58,093 nt of DNA from the NCBI GenBank assembly GCA_903888345.1, contig CAISTG010000060.1, positions 1 through 58,093 on the forward strand, written 5' to 3'. A program made the position numbers and the translations under genes. The notes under the pieces are model-generated. The model was not told the origin of the DNA. It saw nothing but the letters and a program-made list of their open reading frames with translations, and searched no databases. This document shows, piece by piece, positions 18,601-26,582 of the stretch. Origin of the DNA: Candidatus Buchananbacteria bacterium. GTDB taxonomy: Bacteria; Patescibacteriota; Patescibacteriia; 2-01-FULL-39-33. Position 1 is the first letter of the stretch; each line of letters begins with the position of its first letter.

Positions 18601-21600
18601 CCAATCGGTTCGGCTGTTCCGTTGTATCCATTTTCAAAATTACCATTGACCACACTACTACTCTCACCATTTTGCTTCATCATGTCATAATACTTCAAGT
18701 TTGCCCCCGCAAAACCAGTTGCTCCCGCAAAGCGCGAAACATTATCAGCCGTGATCATTGTACTCGAAGCGTTGTCGACAAAATCGCCGCATTGGCCATT
18801 ATCATCAACATAATCGCAAGCCTTAACTTGTAAACAGCGATCATTGACTGAAAAGAAAGGGTTATTGTCATTAGCCTGCGCTTTTTCGTAAGTCGTACAG
18901 GTCAGCCAATTACTGCAAGTACGGTTAGGCTTAACCTTCAAAATGGCGTTACTATCACCTTCACTGCCATTAGACAGACTAGGATTAACAGCATTCTGTG
19001 CGCCGCTTAATTGCATATTTAATGCAAAGGTGTCCGGCGCTCGATAAGTCAGATAGTCATAGAAGCGCTTAGCGACTGTCGCACTAGTGTTAGGTAAAAC
19101 CGAATAATCAAGACCATCGCGTTCATTAAAGAGAACACAACCCTTATTGAAATCAACGACACCAGCACACTCAGATTTATTGACTGAATTCTTAGTGGCA
19201 TAATACACACCAGCAATAGTGATCTTGTCGCCACCGGCACGCGTGTCCTCGTTAAAATCAAAGACATGACCATTTTTGGTAGCAAGATTATAGAAACAAT
19301 CGGTTTTATTTGGTTCATTAATATAGAAATACGATCCTGACACCTTGCCGCCCAATAAAGCGAAGGTCTGGCCATCAACTGTCTCGCTGGTTAACGGTTG
19401 GGAAGCGCAACTACCAGCGATTGGCGTGAAATTCAAACCACCAACAACACTATAACTATAGAGAGTATTGGCTTTCAGTTTAACTTTAGAGCAACTCGAG
19501 GTAGCCTGACCATTAACTTGGCAAGCGCTCGACAAGACCTGATTAGTATAGATATAAGGTAGCGGATCAACATATTCGCTACAACCACTCTGGGCAGTCG
19601 GACAAGTTCCGGCCCAACCATCATAGCTCGGATTAATCGCCATCGTCACATTATCCACTGGTCCCACTGGCTGACTCTTTTTGACGGCCGGCTCGTAACC
19701 AGTGCCCAGAGTCAAATTAGTAGTCGTCGCACACTTTTCTTCGGTACCAGAAACATACCAACCCTCAGCCAAAGTGGCATTCGGACGACCGTAAGCACAA
19801 ACTTTACCATGTGGATCCTTAAAGTAAGTCGTGGAATCATTAGTAGTATATTGTTCACACCATTGCTCCTCGTGCTTACACATCGAAGTATCGTAAGTAT
19901 CGGGATCATTTTTTAAAAATAGTGTCGAATAGCCCAGGGTCTGATCCCAGCGATCAATTAGCGGCAAGCCAACTGCCGTACAACCCTTAGCTGAAGCCTG
20001 ACAAGAGAACTCGGCGCGATTAACCATATAGACAGTTTCGTCGGCCGGCACCGTGACCACGTCAGCATCATAACCATTGACATCCGTTCCTGCATTAACT
20101 GTCGTCGCCTCCGGCGCTTCGCTATTGTGGGTATCAACTAATGCCTCACAACCAACGGCTTCCTCGCGACACAACGAAGAGAAAGATCTTAAATACCAAG
20201 GATTCTTAAAACGGTCAGAATAGGCTTGGCAACCAACCATCTCACCGATCGAGCAACGCCCGGAAGAAGAATCTTGGCAAGTACCAGAGGCAATCGCTTT
20301 TTTGCCATCAGCATCATCCATTCGATTATCACAAGAAATTGGAGTGTACCAAGAATTATCAATCAAATAAACCTTATTGCTAATTTCTTTGAGAATTACA
20401 TTATCTAAATAAATCTTTTGACCGCCCAAATTGAAAACCAAATACTCATCCACGGCTGGATCCCAAGAAACAAAAACTGGACCCAACTCATAATAACGCC
20501 AATTGTTCGTGATTTGCACACGACCACCTAGCAAATTATCACCCACAACACGCGAATAAGTGAAATAATCACTGGCTGGAGCGTCACTGAATTTAATGCT
20601 ACTAGCGTAATAAGACTGATCACCTTTCGCCCAGAAACTTAAGATGTAGGTTTTATTTTTGGTTAAAGTAACCTTTCTCTGGATATTATCGGAGGCCAAG
20701 GCATTAGACAAGGAATTACCGCCCGGGAAAGTGGCTTCGGTCGAAATCTTTAAGCCAGTCTTACCAAGCGGATTACGCATATCAAACCAAGCATCATCCG
20801 TGCTCGTACCGGCCGCAAAATCCTGCACATCAATCACATTTCTAACGTTATTGCCTTGATTACCCGTATAAGCGCGGCAACCCTTAGCCGCTGCCGAACA
20901 AGAACGCGCCTCAGTCGAAATCGACATATAGACACACTCACTATTCTTATTAAAATAACCATGAGACTCAATACAATCAGCTTGCGCTTGTGCTACTGTC
21001 GCCTGAGTTTGAGTGCGACGATAAGGATGGCAGTCAGCCGCCACAGTAACGGTTTTTGACAGTAAGCGATAGGCAATATTACCATTAACATCATACAGCT
21101 CGCGACAATCCGGGTTAGTAATCATCTGATCTTGTGAACAGATGGCGGCACTACTGGCATCATCACAATAATTCTGACCCGCTTTGACATTACTACTGTC
21201 GAAATATTTCAAATTAGTACAAGCGGCCGTACTAATATTAGATTTCTTAAGGGTATAGGATTTTAATTGATAACCAGTCGTGTCTGATCCTTCCCAAGTA
21301 TAATAGGCGGCATCATCAGCAGCCGGTTTTTGGCAAGCCCGCAACTCCGAAAAATATTCTTTAACTTCGGCGCCTTGACCAATGACATCTAAGTTGGTGA
21401 ACTCATCACAACCAGCATCCGCGGCAGAGCAATATTTTACTTTTGAGTCGGCAATAAATTGCTTGAAAGTAGAAGTAGCAAAGTAAGTGCTTTCTTGTTT
21501 AAAGACTTGATAGCCAACACACTCTGAACCACATAAATCCAAATTATCAACCACGCCCGGCACCAAAGGATCACCACTCGCCGGAGTATAAGCTTCGCAA

Positions 21601-24600
21601 CCAACCTCTTTTTTGGTACAAACTCCAGAATAAGTTGAGCACATTTCATTTCGATTCTGCAAAACGCTAGTTAACTCTGAAATCGTTTCTGGCCACTTAC
21701 CGCCCAAGGTTTTATAGCAATTGAAATAATCCGGGGCTTTCTTCAAATAGGAAACTTGATTAGCTAAACGCAAACTCGGATCATAAGCGCTATAGGCTGT
21801 GCCACTTAAATTACTTAAAGAAACTTTTTCCAACTTAAAGCTATCAACATTCACCGAGCCATTAACACCGCCAACAGTAAATTTCAAAACCTTGCCGCCC
21901 GCCGGAATTTTAAACCAGCAGGAAACACGTTCCAGGTCCGCGCTACTAGGCGCCGCATTTAAATTCAAACTATTAACGCCGCTCGCGACACAATTAGTGT
22001 CACTAGCAGCAATCGCTAAGTGATTATCACTAGAGGCCTCAGTAACAAAATATAAGTTCAAATTAGTTTGGGCTGCCACATTAGCGTCCGCTCGAGCGAC
22101 ATCATAAGCCAAATTATAATAATCGTTACTATCAACCGCGACCGATTTATTGAACAAACTAGCCGCTGGAATGGTTGCCCCGCCAGTAGCGTTAGCAATC
22201 CAAGCGGAATTCCAACCAGTCAAACCATGTTCAAAACCACCATTATAAATCAAATTGCCACCAGTATTAGCTTTATTACGCAAGAATAAGGAACAGCCAT
22301 CATCTTGAGCGCTGCAAGTGGCTGCATCACGATCTAGATATAAATTAGAGCTATTAGTTTTATTAGGCGCATTAACCGTGCCAGTAAACAACATAATACT
22401 GACCGAGTTCTGACAGGCGGCAGTCATTTTTTGAATTCTAAAATCGTCAAAATATACGTCCGCAATCGAAGCGGCGACAGTCGTAATAGCAATTGTGCTA
22501 GTCGAATGTCCTTTGCTGGAAAATTGTAAAACGTATTCTTTCCAATCACCTAAACTGCCGGCCAAGGTGTAACTAATACCCGCCAAATCATCGCTACCCG
22601 AGAGCACATTAATCTTCAGTAAGCCAGCCGTCACCGAACCCTTAGCCCAGAATTTTAATGAATAGTTGGCATTATTTTTATCCAAGGGAACATTTTCTAA
22701 TTTAGTCACCAATTCAACCGGATTATTGGAAGCAACTGTATGTAAAGACGCATTGCCGCTATGTTTTTGATCGGTAGCGCGATAAGCGCGATTACTTAAG
22801 TTAAAGTAAGCCAATTCATCAGACCAATATCTCGCATCACCGGCGGTCGCTGATTCTTCGAAACCATTATTAAAGCCTGTCCCGCCAATAACATTCCCCT
22901 GTTCATAACAAGCTTCCACCAAACAAGAAACAGCGCTCGGAGCCGTAGTACAGGTATTGCCACTCTTATTGAAGTTACAGGTCTTAGTGCTCGCCTCCCA
23001 GTTGCATTTGCTGTCTACCCCGGAACAGAGCTCTGGCGTACAAGTCTGAGTAATTTTTAACCGATTATTAACGCTGGCATTATGATATTGCTTCACTTTC
23101 CAACTCGCATCACCGCCAACCGTCAAAACTTGCGCGCCACTACTAAGAGCGTAAAGTTGTAAATCCTTGGCTTCGTTTAAAAACTCTCCATTCCAAATCG
23201 CTCCGGCCAAATTAAAATTAGTCGTCAAGGCTTGGCAGCCAACATTTAAATTAGAGCAATTAGAAAAATCAAGTGAGTTCTTTAAGAGCGAACCAGCAGT
23301 GCCACTACGACCACTATAAGTTTGACAGGTGTTATAAGCGGCTTGGCAACTATTGCCGACGTCCCATAAGGCGCGCTCTTCTGAGCAATAACCATAGGCC
23401 TTACAATTACCTTTACTATCGTCAGCCAAACATTGCTGCTCGTCGGCACAATAAGTATCGCGAGCAATATCACCCGTTTGATTATTGCCCGCTGAATTAT
23501 GGGCGCCAAAACCCTCGCGGCGGCAAAAAGCTTCATAAACTTTCAAGAGCCAATTAGGATTAACTAAACCCTTAAAAGCATCGGTATTACAATTATTGAT
23601 TCCCTGCCCATAATAACAATTCATCACTTCACCTAAGGTCCAACGCTTAGCGCTAACGCCAGCAGTTGTGGTCACTTCATTGTTATGGATTTTATTAGCG
23701 GCGATTTCCCAACCCACCGGAACAATGCGGTATTTTCTTAAAATTAAAATGCTGCGATAAGGAATTTCTGTTTCTAAGCTGTTGGTCTGACTAATAATCG
23801 GCGCGAAAGCGCGACCTAAAATATTGGTGCCATTAGAATCGCTCGGCAAATCTTTGACGTAAGTCATTTTCTTAATCTGCTCCGAAAACGAATTATCAAT
23901 AACACAGTCAGTAACATTAGGATTTAATTTAGCGCTATCAGAACAGCTGGCCAATTTCAATAAGACATCGTATTTATTACCAACCTTTTCTTTACTCGTA
24001 ATTAAATTCGCGAACTTATTTTCGGCTCCCGCGGCACCGGAAACGACCGGCGAGGAATTATAATTAAATAAATTAACCAAGGTATCAACGGCATCAGAAG
24101 CATTCAGTCCGAGCGGATTAGAATTAGCACCGGTACTACCTCCCGAATTAGTTGAAGCAAACAAACCAGTTTGCAAGCCGCTCAATAATTGCGACACCAA
24201 AGTATTGCCAAATTCTTCCACCATATCAGCAGCCGTATTAGTGAAAGTTGATAATCCCAATGTGGTGTTACTGTCGGCAGTTTTGTCACGAAAAGTATTG
24301 GCAACCACAGTGCCCGGCGTTAAGATTTTGCCAGCCACATTAGTAATATCCTTCCACAATCCAGTAGTTTCCGCTTTTTTGGTAGCGACATTAACCGCAT
24401 CACCCACATAAGAATTACGCTCATCAGCCATTTGGATCATAAAAGAAATGTCATTGGCTCCTGGTCGCATAGCATTACGATAATCAACGGCAAAGGAAGC
24501 GCTACTAATCGCACCTTCCCAATTGGTCATGATTTTTGAAAAACTACAAGAGGTACTTTTTTGAACTTGCTTATAATTAAGCGCCGTCTGAATCATGAGC

Positions 24601-25211
24601 TTCACCCGGAAATCTGGCTGACATAAATTGACGCCATATTGAGTGCCAATACCATCGATAAACTGTCCTAAAGCCGAGTCCGCTGTATTTTGTAAATAGG
24701 CGCCCCAACCCTCAGTAATAAACAATGGCTGCTGGCCCTTGCCACCGGATGCTACCCAGACGGCTGTGTCATGGGCTACTTGGCGGGAAAAAGTTTTTAA
24801 AGCTGATTTAAACGCAAACGCCAAAACTTCGCGTGCTTTGTCTTTGGTTTTAGCTTCGGCAATCAAAGCCAGTACTTGTTTTTTTTGGGCATCATCAGTG
24901 GCATCCTTAGTACATTGCGCTCCCGCTACTCCAATAGCATCATCATGTTCTTTACAATTCAAAGTAACGCCAGCCGGCAAACAGGGCACCGCTTTAGCAA
25001 TATTAAGCATCACCTGACACTTCCCAATCGTACCACCGTCATAGAGTGCTGGCGATTCCACCGCGATCGAATTGATCGAACTAATGGCATCTGCGCCCGC
25101 TCGAGCTGATGGCGCAAAAAATAAATTGCCGCCAACAAATAGCAGAAAGAAAATCACTAAGACCTTTGCGAACTTTTTGTTTTTAGGATTGCTAAAAACT
25201 ACTGGGATCAT
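15666..25211 (-). CDS. giant (3181 aa) secreted cysteine-rich surface protein with CBM-like jelly-roll modules and a C-terminal PKD-like domain
   Basis: Uninterrupted 9.5-kb ORF with a signal peptide (KVLVIFFLLFVGGNLFFAPSARA/G). It has many Cys residues in recurring x-GC-x-x-[YFL] contexts. Three N-G-x-F-E-x-G...W motifs typical of CBM4/9-like sugar-binding modules lie at ~22818-22876, ~22206-22245 and ~18592-18650. The WGDGD motif of a PKD-like domain lies at ~15901-15941. Confidence 0.85.
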   Translation of the reverse strand: MIPVVFSNPKNKKFAKVLVIFFLLFVGGNLFFAPSARAGADAISSINSIAVESPALYDGGTIGKCQVMLNIAKAVPCLPAGVTLNCKEHDDAIGVAGAQCTKDATDDAQKKQVLALIAEAKTKDKAREVLAFAFKSALKTFSRQVAHDTAVWVASGGKGQQPLFITEGWGAYLQNTADSALGQFIDGIGTQYGVNLCQPDFRVKLMIQTALNYKQVQKSTSCSFSKIMTNWEGAISSASFAVDYRNAMRPGANDISFMIQMADERNSYVGDAVNVATKKAETTGLWKDITNVAGKILTPGTVVANTFRDKTADSNTTLGLSTFTNTAADMVEEFGNTLVSQLLSGLQTGLFASTNSGGSTGANSNPLGLNASDAVDTLVNLFNYNSSPVVSGAAGAENKFANLITSKEKVGNKYDVLLKLASCSDSAKLNPNVTDCVIDNSFSEQIKKMTYVKDLPSDSNGTNILGRAFAPIISQTNSLETEIPYRSILILRKYRIVPVGWEIAANKIHNNEVTTTAGVSAKRWTLGEVMNCYYGQGINNCNTDAFKGLVNPNWLLKVYEAFCRREGFGAHNSAGNNQTGDIARDTYCADEQQCLADDSKGNCKAYGYCSEERALWDVGNSCQAAYNTCQTYSGRSGTAGSLLKNSLDFSNCSNLNVGCQALTTNFNLAGAIWNGEFLNEAKDLQLYALSSGAQVLTVGGDASWKVKQYHNASVNNRLKITQTCTPELCSGVDSKCNWEASTKTCNFNKSGNTCTTAPSAVSCLVEACYEQGNVIGGTGFNNGFEESATAGDARYWSDELAYFNLSNRAYRATDQKHSGNASLHTVASNNPVELVTKLENVPLDKNNANYSLKFWAKGSVTAGLLKINVLSGSDDLAGISYTLAGSLGDWKEYVLQFSSKGHSTSTIAITTVAASIADVYFDDFRIQKMTAACQNSVSIMLFTGTVNAPNKTNSSNLYLDRDAATCSAQDDGCSLFLRNKANTGGNLIYNGGFEHGLTGWNSAWIANATGGATIPAASLFNKSVAVDSNDYYNLAYDVARADANVAAQTNLNLYFVTEASSDNHLAIAASDTNCVASGVNSLNLNAAPSSADLERVSCWFKIPAGGKVLKFTVGGVNGSVNVDSFKLEKVSLSNLSGTAYSAYDPSLRLANQVSYLKKAPDYFNCYKTLGGKWPETISELTSVLQNRNEMCSTYSGVCTKKEVGCEAYTPASGDPLVPGVVDNLDLCGSECVGYQVFKQESTYFATSTFKQFIADSKVKYCSAADAGCDEFTNLDVIGQGAEVKEYFSELRACQKPAADDAAYYTWEGSDTTGYQLKSYTLKKSNISTAACTNLKYFDSSNVKAGQNYCDDASSAAICSQDQMITNPDCRELYDVNGNIAYRLLSKTVTVAADCHPYRRTQTQATVAQAQADCIESHGYFNKNSECVYMSISTEARSCSAAAKGCRAYTGNQGNNVRNVIDVQDFAAGTSTDDAWFDMRNPLGKTGLKISTEATFPGGNSLSNALASDNIQRKVTLTKNKTYILSFWAKGDQSYYASSIKFSDAPASDYFTYSRVVGDNLLGGRVQITNNWRYYELGPVFVSWDPAVDEYLVFNLGGQKIYLDNVILKEISNKVYLIDNSWYTPISCDNRMDDADGKKAIASGTCQDSSSGRCSIGEMVGCQAYSDRFKNPWYLRSFSSLCREEAVGCEALVDTHNSEAPEATTVNAGTDVNGYDADVVTVPADETVYMVNRAEFSCQASAKGCTAVGLPLIDRWDQTLGYSTLFLKNDPDTYDTSMCKHEEQWCEQYTTNDSTTYFKDPHGKVCAYGRPNATLAEGWYVSGTEEKCATTTNLTLGTGYEPAVKKSQPVGPVDNVTMAINPSYDGWAGTCPTAQSGCSEYVDPLPYIYTNQVLSSACQVNGQATSSCSKVKLKANTLYSYSVVGGLNFTPIAGSCASQPLTSETVDGQTFALLGGKVSGSYFYINEPNKTDCFYNLATKNGHVFDFNEDTRAGGDKITIAGVYYATKNSVNKSECAGVVDFNKGCVLFNERDGLDYSVLPNTSATVAKRFYDYLTYRAPDTFALNMQLSGAQNAVNPSLSNGSEGDSNAILKVKPNRTCSNWLTCTTYEKAQANDNNPFFSVNDRCLQVKACDYVDDNGQCGDFVDNASSTMITADNVSRFAGATGFAGANLKYYDMMKQNGESSSVVNGNFENGYNGTAEPIGWSGAYYKCADLSNCTGDPTESGLTWIPNNYSLSNLGNIAHEGSNYLKLNAGNAVISEPVELNSNNSYYVSLWVNTQNLNGQADGRTGDKPRAEVQLKFTSLQGAPITNTGIVELLSADGTRSTSIDPNDNGGWIFDNSLRLASGQQWTQLKYRIKVLNQSVNLSFALMNMNPDAEKNYDNTKLGGYSAWDEIEVKPVLNAGTDNEVNRSCRVYPTANAQACSYNDNNTNYYGQYGYCLLNDPSNAQQCLQWWPVDTIKGEMLSDFNGYYKERYPLYYCLAKAKSNPIDLNTAMANLGKFGQGGASSGYTTDNFSDLGSIQAVAFSPDNAWAPMFRYPFVYRFDFLGGIFGIGSTGSHKPIVGVLNATMYPKMVCPGIASLAQLIFGVDPANGFLCYREIAPSSNTVTTTNDTCDDSDPQCANKKEGLNWVEEHVIQPVKNLIISALKDIAGSLNLNQDDEWGGWGSVGTMVDVAGLIAVVHLELPWHTVMGFQESFIGKLASTAISLIGGLAQAVPVVGDLAHLFVMYGGMKIVTDQDLQYASRFTDPDPNRPGDVLGFVHYWDIGGAQGFGDKTGGAALGGNVSAKISPEYCTDIVQVVNSSGQNRAWAARLSSGSGYTGAGSDCVTDSLIAGTQCFYQSTYCLSSINNCKDSAGKDWKGNCDNLIGCPDSNAVVDPGDDNRILLCSGQNVNSVNKANGSGSRLAANYFCDSSNGYPAIFSKIYAYNGYNYLTTDYKPYGSVVAPITSQNPSNWDTRPGTSGKQPLYYETPFGSTAPYQARMGQVYTVDNLKALFAKSYGHWIWSNKDSGYQKVDSGLWSVPTEYCEDRNPSFSYRSSTNENIYCKIRPKFPISPSSTPSVVSNIGSIKFVFVVDVDANQLPLKSFEVNWGDGDKTSYAGVSLLNRPDQKNPLTLYHSYSYYSLIKNLPACSGAVSENCNDGTNVFKMRPNVKVIDNWNADNTAASVNFISVNGPQ

Positions 25212-25219
25212 ATTGAAAA

Positions 25220-26170
25220 TTATTGATTGTTTAATTTAGCTTGAAGTTGGGCAATAAAATTTATCTTTAACTGCTCATCAGTCACTGAAGCCAAAACTGA
25301 GGCGTCAGCACCGAGATTAGTAATCATTAACTGGCGAATTTGCGCGCCAGTTAGATTCTGTAAATCAGCAGCGCTTTTAATATTTAAAGCCTTTAAATCC
25401 AGACTCGTAGAGGTAGAATTAATCGTCTTAACAACTGCAGTTGAGGTGGCCGTAACCGCCTTAACCTTTAATCCTTGTAATCCACTAAAGTCATAGCCCT
25501 GACTAGTTAAGGTTTGTACAACATCGGGATTATCGTTCAAATAAGTCGAAAATTCTGTCATAATTTCAGCGTCTGATAATGCACTCACTTCGGTATCGGT
25601 CAAACCAGTTTGCTTCATCATTTCTCTAATAACAGCAGGGGTAATAACTGGCGCCGACGCCGTTATAGCACTGCCAGTCAAACTTGGAGCCGCATAAGTC
25701 GAGGTGCCAGTATCCGCACCGGCCGAAAAACAAACTTGCCCCTCAGGACAATTGGGATCAGTGCCACGCTTGACCTCATCGCCATCGCTAATGCCATCAC
25801 TGTCAGAATCGGCAATATAAGGACTTGTGTTGTATTGGTTGACTTCCAAATAATCAGTTAAGCCATCCTGGTCAGTATCAATAGTTTGTTGAGCTAATAA
25901 CGCTTGTTGCTGCAATTCTGTTGCCGCTGCCTGGTCTTTAGCAGCCTTAGCCAAAATCGTTGAAAACGGATTAGTTAAATTAAAATAAAAGACCAATAAG
26001 CCAAAAAGCATGGACCCCAGGCCCACGACGATAACTAAAATTGATCTGAATTTTTCTTGGCGACGCAACATTTCAGACTGAGCCGACCGATTACCATCGG
26101 CCAATTCCGACTCTACGCCATTAACGCCAGAAAAATTATTCCAACCACTGTTTTTTTCTTCACCTTCCAT
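25220..26170 (-). CDS. membrane-anchored protein with thrombospondin-type-3-like Ca-binding repeats
   Basis: Cytoplasmic N-terminus and a TM helix (ILVIVVGLGSMLFGLLVFYF), then DTDQDGLTDYLE and DSDSDGISDGDEVKRGTDP repeats (~25750-25880) and a T/S/A-rich C-terminal domain. This is the first gene of the array, ending 8 nt before the giant gene. Confidence 0.75.
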   Translation of the reverse strand: MEGEEKNSGWNNFSGVNGVESELADGNRSAQSEMLRRQEKFRSILVIVVGLGSMLFGLLVFYFNLTNPFSTILAKAAKDQAAATELQQQALLAQQTIDTDQDGLTDYLEVNQYNTSPYIADSDSDGISDGDEVKRGTDPNCPEGQVCFSAGADTGTSTYAAPSLTGSAITASAPVITPAVIREMMKQTGLTDTEVSALSDAEIMTEFSTYLNDNPDVVQTLTSQGYDFSGLQGLKVKAVTATSTAVVKTINSTSTSLDLKALNIKSAADLQNLTGAQIRQLMITNLGADASVLASVTDEQLKINFIAQLQAKLNNQ

Positions 26171-26196
26171 GTGAGTTGTGGATAAGTTATGAATTA

Positions 26197-26225
26197 ATTA
26201 TACCATATTTTAGATTTGTAACCAA
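26197..26225 (-). promoter_or_regulatory. candidate promoter of the secretion gene array
   Basis: On the minus strand: TTGGTT, a 17-nt spacer and an extended -10 (TGGTATAAT). The -10 lies ~27 nt upstream of the ATG at 26170. Confidence 0.3.
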
Positions 26226-26294
26226 GTATATATTAGGACATAAAGTAATAAAATTTTCAAAGCATATTTATCACTTCGCGAGCCATCTCTCTTC

Positions 26295-26387
26295 GTCAGT
26301 ACAAGCTTTCATTTTTTTGTCATGACGAGTCTTCATTCTTTGTTATAGCGAGCTTTCATTGTTTGTCATGGCGAGCTTTCATTCTTT
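26295..26387. repeat. tandem array of four degenerate 23-24-nt units
   Basis: The contiguous units are GTCAGTACAAGCTTTCATTTTTTT, GTCATGACGAGTCTTCATTCTTT, GTTATAGCGAGCTTTCATTGTTT and GTCATGGCGAGCTTTCATTCTTT. They run directly into the palindromic unit at 26388. Confidence 0.8.
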
Positions 26388-26479
26388 GTCATTCCGGGCT
26401 TGACCCGGAATCTGAGCCCAATACTCTAAAATAAGATTCTGGCTCAAGCCTGCCTACCGGTAGGCAGGGCAGGAATGAC
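26388..26479. repeat. composite palindromic element of the GTCAT...ATGAC family
   Basis: GTCATTCCGGGcttgaCCCGGAATCTGAG ... AGATTCTGGCTCAAGCCtgcctaccggtaggcaGGGCAGGAATGAC. The architecture matches 10041-10118, with an extra internal hairpin. Confidence 0.75.
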
Positions 26480-26493
26480 TGGGCGCGATAGGC

Positions 26494-26570
26494 GTCATCC
26501 TGAATAAAATGAAGGATCCCATGTTTAACACACGAGATCCTTCACTCCGCTTCGCTATATTCAGGATGAC
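26494..26570. repeat. palindromic element of the GTCAT...ATGAC family
   Basis: GTCATCCTGAATA...TATTCAGGATGAC with an internal hairpin GAAGGATC...GATCCTTC. It contains CCGCTTCGCTA, which is shared with the dispersed repeat at 29737 and 54569. Confidence 0.75.
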
Positions 26571-26582
26571 AGCTAAAGCAAT

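Noticed and set aside
15947-25109. Numerous 60-110-aa ORFs on both strands inside the giant gene (for example 19049-19378, 23273-23557 and 24739-25017).
   Set aside because: All are embedded in, or antisense to, the uninterrupted 9.5-kb ORF and have low-complexity or unusual composition. They are shadow ORFs.
5662-26170. Integrated conjugative element or plasmid-derived transfer region.
   Set aside because: There is no relaxase, VirD4-type coupling protein, integrase/recombinase or replication gene in or beside the array, and no flanking direct repeats. Both flanks are housekeeping genes, and by eye the array does not stand out in composition. Decay from an ancient ICE cannot be excluded.
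26295-26412. Possible CRISPR array, because of regularly spaced ~23-nt repeats.
   Set aside because: The units are directly contiguous with no spacers, they are degenerate, and they number only four. No cas genes occur anywhere in the window.
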